From Parcubacteria group bacterium GW2011_GWB1_42_6 (GTDB taxonomy: Bacteria > Patescibacteriota > Minisyncoccia > Portnoybacterales > GWB1-42-6): a DNA stretch of 64,000 nucleotides. Position numbers and translations under genes: made by a program. Shown here piece by piece: positions 46,938 to 56,507 of this stretch. Within the stretch, counting starts at the first letter, position 1; each line of letters starts with the position of its first letter. The notes beneath the pieces are model-generated. The model saw nothing but the letters and a program-made list of their open reading frames with translations, had not been told where the DNA came from and did not search any database. Where the stretch lies: positions 375 to 64,374 of the forward strand of contig LCEC01000001.1 in NCBI GenBank assembly GCA_000997475.1, read 5' to 3'.

Positions 46938-48809
46938 ATGACGGCCAAGGAATTACGCGGTAAATATCTTGAATTTTTCAAAGCTCGGGGGCACGCGGTT
47001 ATCCCTTCGGCTTCTTTGGTTCCGCAAAACGATCCCACAGTGCTTTTTACCACCGCCGGAATGCAACCTTTAGTGCCGTATCTTTTGGGCGAAAAGCATC
47101 CCCAAGGAAAGCGGCTTGTCAATGTTCAAAAATGCCTCCGCACCAACGATATTGATGAAGTGGGTGATGCCACTCACGGAACTTTTTTTGAAATGCTTGG
47201 CAATTGGTCTTTGGGCGATTATTTTAAAAAAGAATCGTTGAGTTGGAGCTATGAATTTTTAACTTCGCCTGAATGGTTGGGATTGGATAAAAACCGTTTG
47301 GCTGTTTCGGTTTTTGCAGGGGATGACGACGCGCCATTTGATGAAGAAGCTTTTGAAATTTGGAGATCTTTGGGTATTTCTGAAAAAAGAATCACCCGGC
47401 TTCCCAAAGAAAACAATTGGTGGGGGCCGGCCGGAGAAACCGGGCCATGCGGACCGGATTCGGAAATATTTTATTGGACCGGCGCTCCGGATCAGGTTCC
47501 GGAAAGTTTCAACGATGATAACGATCTTTGGGTGGAAATCTGGAATAACGTTTTTATGCAATATAATAAAAACATAAAAGGCTCCTTTGAACCGCTTGCG
47601 CAAAAAAATGTTGACACGGGTTTGGGGCTGGAAAGGGCGCTGGTTACTCTCAATGGCTACGACGAGATTTATAAGATTGACGTTATCCGGCCGATTATTG
47701 AAAAGATAGAAGAAATTTCAGGGAAGAAATACGATGAAACTATCTCTGAAATCCCCCTTAATCCCCCTTTTACAAAGGGGGGAAATCAGAAGGCTATGAG
47801 AATCGTGGCGGATCATTTGAAAGCGAGCGCTTTTTTAATCGCCGATGGAGTTGAGCCTTCCAATACGGAGCGAGGCTATGTTTTGCGCCGGCTGATTCGG
47901 CGCGCGGTGAGATATGGCCGGCAATTGGGAATTGAAGGAATTTTTTGTTTTAAAATCGCGCGGGTCGCGATTGAAATATACAAAGATATTTATCCGGAAC
48001 TTTCGCGGGAAGAAAATTCAATCGAAGAGCAATTAACGAAAGAAGAAGAAAAATTTGCCAAGACTCTTGAATCCGGATTGAAACAATTTGAAAATGTAAA
48101 AATCAAAATTAAAAATGACAGCGCAAAATCTGGAATTATTTCCGGGGAGATCGCTTTTAATTTGTATCAGACTTACGGTTTTCCCGTCGAGCTGACAAAA
48201 GAATTGGCCAAAGAAGCCGGATTGGAAGTTGACGAGGAAAAATTTAAGGATGAAATGAAGCGCCATCAAGAACTTTCCCGCGCCGGAGCCGAACAAAAAT
48301 TCAAAGGCGGTTTAGCCGATCATTCGGAACAAACCGTCAAATACCACACGGCGGCGCATTTGCTTTTGGCGGCTTTGCGTCAAACTTTGGGCGGAGACGT
48401 AAATCAGCGTGGCGCCAATATAACAAGCGAACGATTGAGATTTGATTTTTCGCATCCGCAAAAAATGACTCCGGAACAAATTAAAGAAGTTGAGGATTTG
48501 GTGAATGAAAAAATCAAAGAAGACTTGCCGGTTGCTTGCGAAGAGATGGCCTTGGATGAAGCGAAAGCAAAGGGAGCGACTGGAATTTTCGATTCAAAAT
48601 ACGGGGAGAGGGTGAAAGTTTATACAATTGGAAGCCCTTCGACAGGTCCTTCGACAGGCTCAGGGCAATGCTCGGGGTCCGCGGCTTTCAGCCGCGAGAT
48701 TTGCGGCGGGCCGCATGTTGAAAGAACGGGAGTTTTGGGAAATTTTAAGATCGTTAAAGAAGAATCGTGTTCGGCCGGAGTGAGAAGAATCAAAGCGGTG
48801 CTGAAATAA
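46938..48809 (+). CDS. alaS: Alanine--tRNA ligase, short form without C-Ala domain (two in-frame palindromic insertions)
   Basis: LFTTAGMQP, FFEMLGNWS, EIWNNVFMQY, DTGLGLER, HTAAH, CGGPH, AGVRRI. Confidence 0.96.
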   Translation: MTAKELRGKYLEFFKARGHAVIPSASLVPQNDPTVLFTTAGMQPLVPYLLGEKHPQGKRLVNVQKCLRTNDIDEVGDATHGTFFEMLGNWSLGDYFKKESLSWSYEFLTSPEWLGLDKNRLAVSVFAGDDDAPFDEEAFEIWRSLGISEKRITRLPKENNWWGPAGETGPCGPDSEIFYWTGAPDQVPESFNDDNDLWVEIWNNVFMQYNKNIKGSFEPLAQKNVDTGLGLERALVTLNGYDEIYKIDVIRPIIEKIEEISGKKYDETISEIPLNPPFTKGGNQKAMRIVADHLKASAFLIADGVEPSNTERGYVLRRLIRRAVRYGRQLGIEGIFCFKIARVAIEIYKDIYPELSREENSIEEQLTKEEEKFAKTLESGLKQFENVKIKIKNDSAKSGIISGEIAFNLYQTYGFPVELTKELAKEAGLEVDEEKFKDEMKRHQELSRAGAEQKFKGGLADHSEQTVKYHTAAHLLLAALRQTLGGDVNQRGANITSERLRFDFSHPQKMTPEQIKEVEDLVNEKIKEDLPVACEEMALDEAKAKGATGIFDSKYGERVKVYTIGSPSTGPSTGSGQCSGSAAFSREICGGPHVERTGVLGNFKIVKEESCSAGVRRIKAVLK

Positions 48810-48855
48810 CAGTTAATGCAAAATGCAAATTTCAAAACGCAGATTACTCTCTTTT

Positions 48856-48935
48856 TGTCATTCCCGCGCAGGCGGGAATCTAGATTAATTCAGAATTAGA
48901 CTTGGGTCTGGATCCCCGTTTTCACGGGGATGACA
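48856..48935. repeat. dRS3-like palindromic element, copy 2
   Basis: TGTCATTCCCGCGCAGGCGGGAATCTAG-ATTAATTCAGAA...CTGGATCCCCGTTTTCACGGGGATGACA. Confidence 0.8.
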
Positions 48936-48973
48936 TCTATGGTTGGGTTTATTTTAATTTTAAAATTTATTTT

Positions 48974-49417
48974 ATGTCTGACATCAAAAAACCCGGCGTG
49001 GGCTTTGGGGTGATGATTGAAAAGAAAGGTAAAATCCTTTTGGGCCGGCGCCATAGCGATCCCAAGAAAGCTTCCAGCGAACTTCACGGCGAAGGCGCTT
49101 GGACGATGCCCGGAGGCAAATTGCATTTTGGCGAAACTCCCGAGGAAGGGGCTTGCCGGGAAGTTTTGGAAGAAATCGGCGTGAAAATAAATTCAAGAAG
49201 GCTCAAGCTCATAAGCGTTTCCAATGATATGGTGAGCGACGCGCATTTTATCACTTTGGGATTCAGATATCCGAGTTTTAAGGGCAGTCCCAAAGTGATG
49301 GAGCCGGATGAAATCGTTGAATGGCGCTGGTTTAATCCCAAGGCATTGCCCAGCCCTATGTATTTTCCCAGCGAACGGGTGTTCAAGCATTTTAAGAGAG
49401 GCAAAATATACGGATAG
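48974..49417 (+). CDS. Nudix hydrolase
   Basis: PGGKLHFGETPEEGACREVLEEIG Nudix box. Confidence 0.9.
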   Translation: MSDIKKPGVGFGVMIEKKGKILLGRRHSDPKKASSELHGEGAWTMPGGKLHFGETPEEGACREVLEEIGVKINSRRLKLISVSNDMVSDAHFITLGFRYPSFKGSPKVMEPDEIVEWRWFNPKALPSPMYFPSERVFKHFKRGKIYG

Positions 49418-49530
49418 GTGGATATCTTTATTGCGGAGAAGCGTTTTTTTGGATATAATTATTTAAGAAAATATCGGGCGCGAAAGAATCCTTCGTTTTG
49501 CCGCGCGCGCTTTTGAGTTGTAAATAAACT

Positions 49531-49647
49531 CCCGCACCTAGTCAGGATTGTTTTTTATTCAAAGAATCCTTCAAAGACAAACAAGCCATTGGGAGTAAAC
49601 TTGTTTATTATCCAAATTAAATTCAAATATCCTGACTAGGCGCGGGG
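49531..49647. mobile_element. MITE-like element, copy 2
   Basis: CCCGCACCTAGTCAGGAT ... ATCCTGACTAGGCGCGGG. Confidence 0.8.
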
Positions 49648-49659
49648 ATAAAATAAACT

Positions 49660-51537
49660 ATGGCGAAATTGATTTATTTAAAACCGAATCAAGACATAAC
49701 TTCGATAATCGGCTATCTTTGGCAAACCAAAGAACCTGAAATCGCGCTCGTTGCTCCAAAAAATTCGGTTTTATTGGAGAATCGCATTGCGCTTAAAATT
49801 CTCAAAAGAGAAGCGGACAACTGCGAAAAAGAGATAATTTTTGTCATCAAGGATTCGGAAAGCCGCGAAGCGGTGGAAGATCTGGGCTTTAAAACCAAAG
49901 TTTCCTGGCCGAAAAGCGAAATAAGCGAAGAAGAATCCGAAGAGGAAGAAAAAGTTATCAAAGAAATGCCGGCTGAAGATTACCAATTGATGATTGGCAA
50001 TCAGCTGAAGATAAAGCACGGAGCGGCTTCCAAGATCCGCTTTAGCGACATCAAAAAACCCGGGAATAAGAAAAAAGATTCGGATGAAAAAATTAAGAAA
50101 ATAAAATCAGCCGAAGAAAGCGAAGATGATTTTATTTTGGGACATTTGGCGGAACCGGAAAAAGAATTTTCTTTGCCCATTCCCCAAGAAACCGATGATT
50201 TTAAGGAGAAAGCGGAGACTTTCCTTAAAATAAAAAATTTCGCTCCGCGCGAAGAAATTAAAGAAGAAACGGTTCAAGAAGAATCTGTTCCTTTTGAAAA
50301 AATATTTGGCCGGGAAGAAAAGGAGATATTCATTAAGCCGCAAATTCATAACTTTTCCAAGAAGAAATTTTCCGGTTTCAAATTTCCTGATTTTTCTTCA
50401 AAGATCGTCATGCTTTTTGTCGGTTCGGCCGTGATTGTGGCGGGATTGGTTTTTTATTTTGTTTTGCCCAAAGCCGAAATCGAGGTTGTTCCAAAGGTGG
50501 AGGCGACCGAACAAGATTTAAACGTTGTGGCCGACAAGGGATCGGCGTTTATTGATTTGGGGAAAGGCGTAATTCCGGCGCAAGTGATTCGTTTTGATAA
50601 AAAATCATCTCGGGAATTCAACACTACGGGTGAAAGCCAAGCCAACGAGAAAGCTCGAGGCGTTATGACGGTTTATAATGAATACAGCTCTTCGCCGCAG
50701 GGCTTGGTTGAAAAAACGCGTTTTGTTTCGGCGGATGGAAAAGTTTTTCGGACCGTCAAATCCATCACTGTTCCGGGAGCTAAAATCAGCGAAGGGAAAG
50801 TGATCGCGAGTTCAATAGATGTTGAGGTGGCGGCCGACGAAGCGGGCGAATCGTATAATATTTCTCCGGGAAAATTTTTAATCCCCGGTTTTCAGGGATC
50901 GCCAAAATACGAAGGTTTCTACGGCATAACCAAAGACGCCATGTACGGCGGCACGACGGGAATTTCTAAAATTGTTTCGGCGGATGATGTCGAAATGGCC
51001 AAAAATGAAATCTGGGCGGATCTTCAAAAAGATTTGGAGAGCGACATAAAAACGCAAACGCCCGAAGGGTTGAAACTTTTGCCGGAAGCCAAAAAATTGG
51101 AAATCAGCTCATTCGATCCATCCGTTAAGGCGGGCGGCCGGGCTGATAAATTCACGATGACGGTCAAAGGAACCGGAATTCTCATTTTTTTTGACGAGCG
51201 CGACATTATTGAATTAGCCAGAGAAAATTCGGAAATTGAATCTTTGGAAAGCAAAGATTATTCCGATAAATTGTCGGAAGTTGTTTATTCCGAAGTTAGC
51301 GCTGATTTTGAAAAAAGCAAAATAAGTTTTAAAGCAAAGGTGGGGGAAAAATTGGTTTGGAAAATCAATGATTCCATTCTTAAGAGATTGATCGCCGGCC
51401 GGAATGAAACTGAAATCAGAACGATTTTGAATGACCGCGAAGAAGTGTTGAGCGCCAGGATTCTTTTCTGGCCTTTCTGGGTGGATGCCGTGCCTGATAA
51501 CCCGGACAGAGTGAATGTGAGCGTTAAAACGGATTGA
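49660..51537 (+). CDS. Membrane-anchored protein with baseplate-J-like extracytoplasmic domain
   Basis: Charged N-region, single TM ending LPKA, A.G...VYN, TRFVS.DGKVFR, A.EAGE.YNI, PFW...P C-terminus. Confidence 0.65.
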   Translation: MAKLIYLKPNQDITSIIGYLWQTKEPEIALVAPKNSVLLENRIALKILKREADNCEKEIIFVIKDSESREAVEDLGFKTKVSWPKSEISEEESEEEEKVIKEMPAEDYQLMIGNQLKIKHGAASKIRFSDIKKPGNKKKDSDEKIKKIKSAEESEDDFILGHLAEPEKEFSLPIPQETDDFKEKAETFLKIKNFAPREEIKEETVQEESVPFEKIFGREEKEIFIKPQIHNFSKKKFSGFKFPDFSSKIVMLFVGSAVIVAGLVFYFVLPKAEIEVVPKVEATEQDLNVVADKGSAFIDLGKGVIPAQVIRFDKKSSREFNTTGESQANEKARGVMTVYNEYSSSPQGLVEKTRFVSADGKVFRTVKSITVPGAKISEGKVIASSIDVEVAADEAGESYNISPGKFLIPGFQGSPKYEGFYGITKDAMYGGTTGISKIVSADDVEMAKNEIWADLQKDLESDIKTQTPEGLKLLPEAKKLEISSFDPSVKAGGRADKFTMTVKGTGILIFFDERDIIELARENSEIESLESKDYSDKLSEVVYSEVSADFEKSKISFKAKVGEKLVWKINDSILKRLIAGRNETEIRTILNDREEVLSARILFWPFWVDAVPDNPDRVNVSVKTD

Positions 51538-51632
51538 TTCTGCGGTGGGGGTTGACGAAAGCGGCTTTTGGGTATAACATTGTAATAAGCTGAAAATCAG
51601 ACAAAAAGCTTTAATTTTAAGACCAGTTCCGA

Positions 51633-51851
51633 GTGGGAAAAGAAAATTTTATAAAAAAGAACGGACGTGTTGTTGAAGCGTTGCCTAATGCCACTTTCAG
51701 AGTGAAATTGGAAGACGATTCGGAAATTCTAGCTCATCTTTCAGGAAAGATGAGGATGAATTTTATCCGGGTGATGATGGGCGATAAAGTGGCGGTGGAA
51801 ATGAGCCCGTATGATAATACGAAAGGCAGAATTGTTTTTCGGGAGAAATGA
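51633..51851 (+). CDS. infA: Translation initiation factor IF-1
   Basis: [27 protein letters not shown]. Confidence 0.97.
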   Translation: MGKENFIKKNGRVVEALPNATFRVKLEDDSEILAHLSGKMRMNFIRVMMGDKVAVEMSPYDNTKGRIVFREK

Positions 51852-51956
51852 TTTTCAACCAACCGTGCTAAGCAATCCTTCTTCTTCGATGAAGAGGTTC
51901 CGCGGAAGCAAAGCGGAGCTGACGGTGCGTTTAGCGCGTTTTGTATTGGTTTTTTT

Positions 51957-52065
51957 CCTCACTAATTACGAATAAATTTACTCCAATTACGAATAATTAT
52001 AGATTAATTGCGAGATGATGCGCTTCATTCGTAATTAGTTCTTAATTCGTAATTGGCGAGGATTC
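51957..52065. repeat. AATTACGAAT/ATTCGTAATT palindromic element
   Basis: Two direct plus two inverted units; sibling at 54045-54143. Confidence 0.8.
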
Positions 52066-52179
52066 ATGAAAGTTCGCGCTTCGGTTAAAAAAATATGCCA
52101 GAAATGCAAACTCGTGCGCCGAAAAGGCAAATTGCGGGTTATTTGCGCGATCAAAAAACATAATCAAAGACAAGGATGA
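52066..52179 (+). CDS. rpmJ: 50S ribosomal protein L36 (not in the ORF track, 37 aa)
   Basis: [37 protein letters not shown]. Confidence 0.97.
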   Translation: MKVRASVKKICQKCKLVRRKGKLRVICAIKKHNQRQG

Positions 52180-52182
52180 AAT

Positions 52183-52268
52183 CATTTTAACATTTTAGCA
52201 TTTTAGCATTTTAGCATTTGAATTATTGAATTTTGTTAATATGCTAACATGTTGATATGTTAAAATGA
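52183..52268. repeat. TTTTAGCA octamer tandem repeat with inverted TG(C/T)TAA arm
   Basis: cattttaacattttagcattttagcattttagca ... tgttaa tatgctaa catgttga tatgttaaaatg. Confidence 0.7.
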
Positions 52269-52274
52269 CTAGCC

Positions 52275-52664
52275 ATGCCCAGAATCGCGGGAGTAAATAT
52301 TCCGGATAATAAAGTGATCGTCATCGCCCTCACGTATATTTACGGAATCGGGCGGACTTTGAGCAATAAAATTTTAGCCCAAGCAAAAATCGATCCGGGG
52401 GCGCGGGCCAATAAACTTTCGGCTGATGAAATTAACCGATTGAGAGAAATTATCGAAAAAGGATTGAGAGTCGAGGGGGAATTAAGGCGCGAAAGGATGA
52501 TGAACGTGAAAAGGTTGAAAGATATCGGTTCATACCGCGGGATAAGACATATCAAAGGTTTGCCGGTTCGAGGCCAAAGAACGAAAACAAACACCAGAAC
52601 CGTTCGCGGAAATATCCGCAAGACTATGGGTTCGGGCAGGAAGGCTTCGGCGGAAAAGACATAA
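52275..52664 (+). CDS. rpsM: 30S ribosomal protein S13
   Basis: [33 protein letters not shown]. Confidence 0.98.
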   Translation: MPRIAGVNIPDNKVIVIALTYIYGIGRTLSNKILAQAKIDPGARANKLSADEINRLREIIEKGLRVEGELRRERMMNVKRLKDIGSYRGIRHIKGLPVRGQRTKTNTRTVRGNIRKTMGSGRKASAEKT

Positions 52665-52849
52665 ATCTCGCTTCGCCCGCTTCTTTTCAAAAAACGCCAA
52701 AGCCGCATAACAAACAAATCATTTGGCTTTGGCTAAGCGCTCAACGCGCCGCATAAGACTATTTCAATATAAACAGCTTATGCCTTGGGCGCGTCTCGCG
52801 ATTTTTTTGAAAAGAACGGGCTTGCTCGTCGATAATAAAATCTAAATTC

Positions 52850-53311
52850 ATGGGAAAGAAAAAAATTCAAACACAAAGCGAACAGGAAGCGTTGAAAGAA
52901 AAAGAAGTTCAGGAATCAGCTCAAAAGAAAGCCGTTGCGGCTCAACAGACTTCCGTTAAAAAAGGCGTTGAAAAAGGCAAGGTTTTCATCCAATCGACCT
53001 ATAACAACACTTTGATTTCTTTTTGCGACTTCAAGGGAAATATTATAGCCTGGTCAAGCGCCGGTTCTTTGGGATTCAAGGGACCGAAAAAAGCGACTCC
53101 GTATGCCGCTTCCAAAGTTATTGAAACATTGGTTGAAAAAATCAAGAAAGTCGGTATGAAGGAAGTTGACGTGTTTGTCAAAGGAATCGGCAGCGGCCGG
53201 GAAGCGGCCGTGAGAGCGATTGCCGCGCAGGGGATGTTAATAAATTCAATTAAAGACGTGACTCCGGTGCCTCATAATGGCTGCCGGCCCAGGAAAGTGA
53301 GAAGAGTCTAG
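52850..53311 (+). CDS. rpsK: 30S ribosomal protein S11
   Basis: STYNNT, GFKG.KKATPYAA, DVTPVPHNGCRP. Confidence 0.98.
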   Translation: MGKKKIQTQSEQEALKEKEVQESAQKKAVAAQQTSVKKGVEKGKVFIQSTYNNTLISFCDFKGNIIAWSSAGSLGFKGPKKATPYAASKVIETLVEKIKKVGMKEVDVFVKGIGSGREAAVRAIAAQGMLINSIKDVTPVPHNGCRPRKVRRV

Positions 53312-53312
53312 A

Positions 53313-53397
53313 ACCCTACGGAATTACGGATTAGTACGGATATTACGGATTCAAATTGGATTTATCCGTATATTCGTAAAAATCCGTAAATCTATAG
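53313..53397. repeat. TACGGA-repeat palindromic element, copy 2
   Basis: Matches 24310-24348. Confidence 0.8.
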
Positions 53398-53406
53398 AAA
53401 ACCACA

Positions 53407-54039
53407 ATGGCAAGATTAACTGAAGCAAAATGCAGAAAATGCCGCCGAATGGGTGAAAAACTCTTTTTAAGAGGTGATCGCTGTTTTTCGGCCAAGTGCG
53501 CCGTGACAAGACGAGCCGTTGCTTCCGGAAGAAGACAAGGCAGAGGCCGCCGAGGCGGAATTTCTGAATTTGGGCGCCAACTTTCAGAAAAGCAAAAAGT
53601 CAAAAGAATCTACGGCGTTTTGGAAAGGCAGTTTAAAAATTATTTTGAAAAAGCGCAAGGAAGCAAAGGCGACACTCGTCAAAATTTGATTCAACTTTTG
53701 GAAAGCCGCTTGGATAATGTCGTTTTTCGCTTGGGTTGGGCCAAATCAAGAGCGGCCGCGAGGCAAATCGTGAATCACGGCCACATTTTGGTTAACGGGA
53801 AAAAATTGGATATTCCTTCTTACGAGGTGAAGGTTAACGATAAAATTTCTCCGAAAGAAAAAATAAGAAAATCGAAGTTGATGGAAGAAATTATTCCGTC
53901 ATTGAAAAAACATGAATTGCCGGGATGGCTTGGAATGGATCCGGAAACTTTAGAAGCGAAAGCCTTAAGCCGTCCTTCGGTTGAAGATTTGGGAGATTTG
54001 AGCTCAATCGGCTTGATAGTTGAATTTTATTCAAGGTAA
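53407..54039 (+). CDS. rpsD: 30S ribosomal protein S4 (zinc-binding type)
   Basis: CRKCRR, QLSEKQK, LESRLDNVVFR, IVEFYSR. Confidence 0.98.
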   Translation: MARLTEAKCRKCRRMGEKLFLRGDRCFSAKCAVTRRAVASGRRQGRGRRGGISEFGRQLSEKQKVKRIYGVLERQFKNYFEKAQGSKGDTRQNLIQLLESRLDNVVFRLGWAKSRAAARQIVNHGHILVNGKKLDIPSYEVKVNDKISPKEKIRKSKLMEEIIPSLKKHELPGWLGMDPETLEAKALSRPSVEDLGDLSSIGLIVEFYSR

Positions 54040-54044
54040 TTCGC

Positions 54045-54143
54045 TCCTCACCAATTACGAATAAATCCAATCCAATTACGAATTAAAGCCGGCTACGAAT
54101 AGTTTTATATTCGTAATTGGTTCCAATTCGTAATTAGCGAGGA
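54045..54143. repeat. AATTACGAAT palindromic element, copy 2
   Basis: cctcaccaattacgaat...ttcgtaattagcgagg. Confidence 0.8.
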
Positions 54144-54148
54144 AAAAT

Positions 54149-55078
54149 ATGCAAATTAATCTTCCGCAAAGCACGAAGCAAATAAAATCCGAGCATAACC
54201 GGGCAATTTTTGAAGTTGAAGGGCTTTATCCCGGATACGGAGTTACTTTGGGAAACGCTTTAAGAAGAGCGCTTCTTTCTTCTTTGAAAGGAGCTGCTAT
54301 CACCGGAGTTAAAATCAAAGGAGCGCAGCATGAATTTTCCGCGATTCCGGGCATTTCTGAAGATGTGATTGAAATTATTTTAAATTTGAGGCAAATTCGT
54401 TTTAAACTTCATTCCGACGAGCCGGTCAAATTAAATTTATCCGTTAAGGGAGAAAAAGAAGTCAAGGCTTCGGACATTCAAACAACTTCCGAAGTTGAGA
54501 TAATCAATCCTGAAGCGCGCATTGCCACTCTGAATGACAAGAAAGCGGAATTGGAAATGGAAATTGAAGTGGAAAGCGGCTTTGGTTTTGTTCCGGTGGA
54601 AATCAGGAGAAAAGAAAAACTCGAGATCGGTTTGATTGCCGTTGATGCCGTTTTCGCGCCGATTAAAAAAGTTAATTTTGAAGTTGAAAATATGCGCGTG
54701 GGAGACAGGACTGATTTTAATCGCTTGAGACTTGACATCGAAACTGATGGCAGCATTACTCCGCAGGACGCTTTTCACAAATCATGCGAGATTCTGGTCG
54801 CTCAATTCAATTCTTTGATCGGCGAAAAAAAGGAAGAAGAGGAAAGCGGCCAAAAGGAAGAAGAAGCGCAAGATTCGGGAAAAATAAAGATTGAAGATTT
54901 AAAGCTTTCCACCCGGACCGCCAACGCTTTGGCGGAAGCGGGAATAAAAACAGCGGGAGGCTTGGCCAAAAAGACCGAAGATTCTTTGAGGGAAATGGAA
55001 GGAATGGGAGAAAAAGGAATTACCGAAGTGAAGAAAGCTTTAAAGAAATTGGGATTGGGCTTAAAAGAAGAGGTGTAA
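54149..55078 (+). CDS. rpoA: RNA polymerase alpha subunit
   Basis: GYGVTLGNALRRALLSS, HEFS, VENMRVG.RTD, LSTRTANAL. Confidence 0.98.
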   Translation: MQINLPQSTKQIKSEHNRAIFEVEGLYPGYGVTLGNALRRALLSSLKGAAITGVKIKGAQHEFSAIPGISEDVIEIILNLRQIRFKLHSDEPVKLNLSVKGEKEVKASDIQTTSEVEIINPEARIATLNDKKAELEMEIEVESGFGFVPVEIRRKEKLEIGLIAVDAVFAPIKKVNFEVENMRVGDRTDFNRLRLDIETDGSITPQDAFHKSCEILVAQFNSLIGEKKEEEESGQKEEEAQDSGKIKIEDLKLSTRTANALAEAGIKTAGGLAKKTEDSLREMEGMGEKGITEVKKALKKLGLGLKEEV

Positions 55079-55184
55079 TGCCAATCTGCGAATGACACGC
55101 AAATGCCGCAAATTTATTCGTATGCACGCAATTTGCATGCTATTCGCAGAATTTGAATAAAATTTGTAAATTGGAATTATATTT

Positions 55185-55517
55185 ATGAGAAAATTCGGAA
55201 GAGAAACGGATCAGCGCCGGGCATTTATCAGAAGCTTGGCTTCCAATCTCGTTTTAAACGAAAAAATAAAGACCACCGAAGCTCGCGCAAAAGAATTGCG
55301 CTCTTTCGTGGAAAGAATTATAACCCAAACCAAAAGCGGAAATTTGGCCGGATTAAGATTGGCCAAAAAAGAACTTTCCGCGCCGGCTTTAAAAAAACTT
55401 TCAAAAGAAATAGCTCCTCGTTTTAAAGAAAAAAGGAGCGGCTATACCCGCATTACCAAACTTGGACGCAGAATGAGCGACAGCGCCAGCATGGCTTTTA
55501 TCGAGTTGATCAAATAA
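55185..55517 (+). CDS. rplQ: 50S ribosomal protein L17
   Basis: RKFGR...QR, IKTTEARAKE, SGYTRI, R.SDSA.MA.IE. Confidence 0.97.
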   Translation: MRKFGRETDQRRAFIRSLASNLVLNEKIKTTEARAKELRSFVERIITQTKSGNLAGLRLAKKELSAPALKKLSKEIAPRFKEKRSGYTRITKLGRRMSDSASMAFIELIK

Positions 55518-55518
55518 T

Positions 55519-55887
55519 ATGAAAAAAGAAACATTGACTCACACAATTGACGCTTCGGGTAAAATTTTGGGAAGATTAGCGGTTGATATCGCCGTGTTTT
55601 TGCGAGGCAAACAAAAGGTTGCTTTTTTGCCCTATATTGAGCCAACTGATCAGGTTATTGTTTTTAATGCTGAAAAGATCAAGGTGACCGGCAAAAAAAT
55701 GGCCCAGAAGCTTTATCGAACTCACTCTCTTTATCCGGGCGGGCTAAAGGAAAAAAAACTCGAAGTGGCGTTTAAAAATAATCCTTCTTGGGTTTTGAAA
55801 GAAGCGGTTTACGGCATGTTGCCCAAAAACAGAACCCGCAATAAGATTATCAAAAATCTGAAAATTTATAACGGAGAAATCAAATAA
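55519..55887 (+). CDS. rplM: 50S ribosomal protein L13 (short form)
   Basis: IDASGKILGRLA, LRGK, HS.YPGGLK, AVYGMLPKN. Confidence 0.96.
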   Translation: MKKETLTHTIDASGKILGRLAVDIAVFLRGKQKVAFLPYIEPTDQVIVFNAEKIKVTGKKMAQKLYRTHSLYPGGLKEKKLEVAFKNNPSWVLKEAVYGMLPKNRTRNKIIKNLKIYNGEIK

Positions 55888-55907
55888 ATCAAAGAATAGA
55901 ATTTTTT

Positions 55908-56492
55908 ATGGAAAAGAAAACTACCAAAAAAACGGCCAAGCCGGCTGCCAAAAAGATTGCCAAGCCTCATCGCAAAGAAGAAAAAAAAGAGGAGATTATT
56001 GTCGCCCAGGCCGCGCCGGAAATAAACAAAGAGATAATCGCCGAATCGGCTGAAATTTCAGCGAGTGAAATCAAGGAAAAAAAAGCCAAGAAATATTATG
56101 AAGCGGTTGGCCGAAGAAAAAACGCCATTGCCCGCGTCAGACTTTCCACCATTAAACCTTTTGAAGGAGATGAAGGAAAAATAACGGTGAATGGAAAAGA
56201 TTACCGGGAATATTTTCCGGGGCTTAATCTCAAGCAAAATGTTGAATCTCCTTTGAGAAGATTAAAATCTCTTAATCGTTTTGAAGTGATCGCCAAAACC
56301 AACGGAGGCGGAATCAACGGCCAAGCCGAAGCGGTCCGCCACGGCATTTCAAGGACTTTGGTTGAATTCAACGCCGATTTTCGCAAGAAACTCAAGAAAG
56401 CCGGATTCTTGAAGCGCGATCCGAGAGTCAAAGAACGCCGCAAATTCGGCCTCAAGAAAGCCCGCCGAGCTCCGCAGTGGGCGAAAAGATAA
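55908..56492 (+). CDS. rpsI: 30S ribosomal protein S9 with N-terminal Lys/Glu-rich extension
   Basis: GRRK.AIARV, GGG..GQAEA.RHG, RDPR.KERRK.GLKKAR.APQW.KR. Confidence 0.97.
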   Translation: MEKKTTKKTAKPAAKKIAKPHRKEEKKEEIIVAQAAPEINKEIIAESAEISASEIKEKKAKKYYEAVGRRKNAIARVRLSTIKPFEGDEGKITVNGKDYREYFPGLNLKQNVESPLRRLKSLNRFEVIAKTNGGGINGQAEAVRHGISRTLVEFNADFRKKLKKAGFLKRDPRVKERRKFGLKKARRAPQWAKR

Positions 56493-56507
56493 AATATATC
56501 TCGATCA

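Noticed and set aside
49660-51537. Prophage or contractile injection system (baseplate-J-like gene)
   Set aside because: Isolated, membrane-anchored and flanked by housekeeping genes, with no other phage structural genes.
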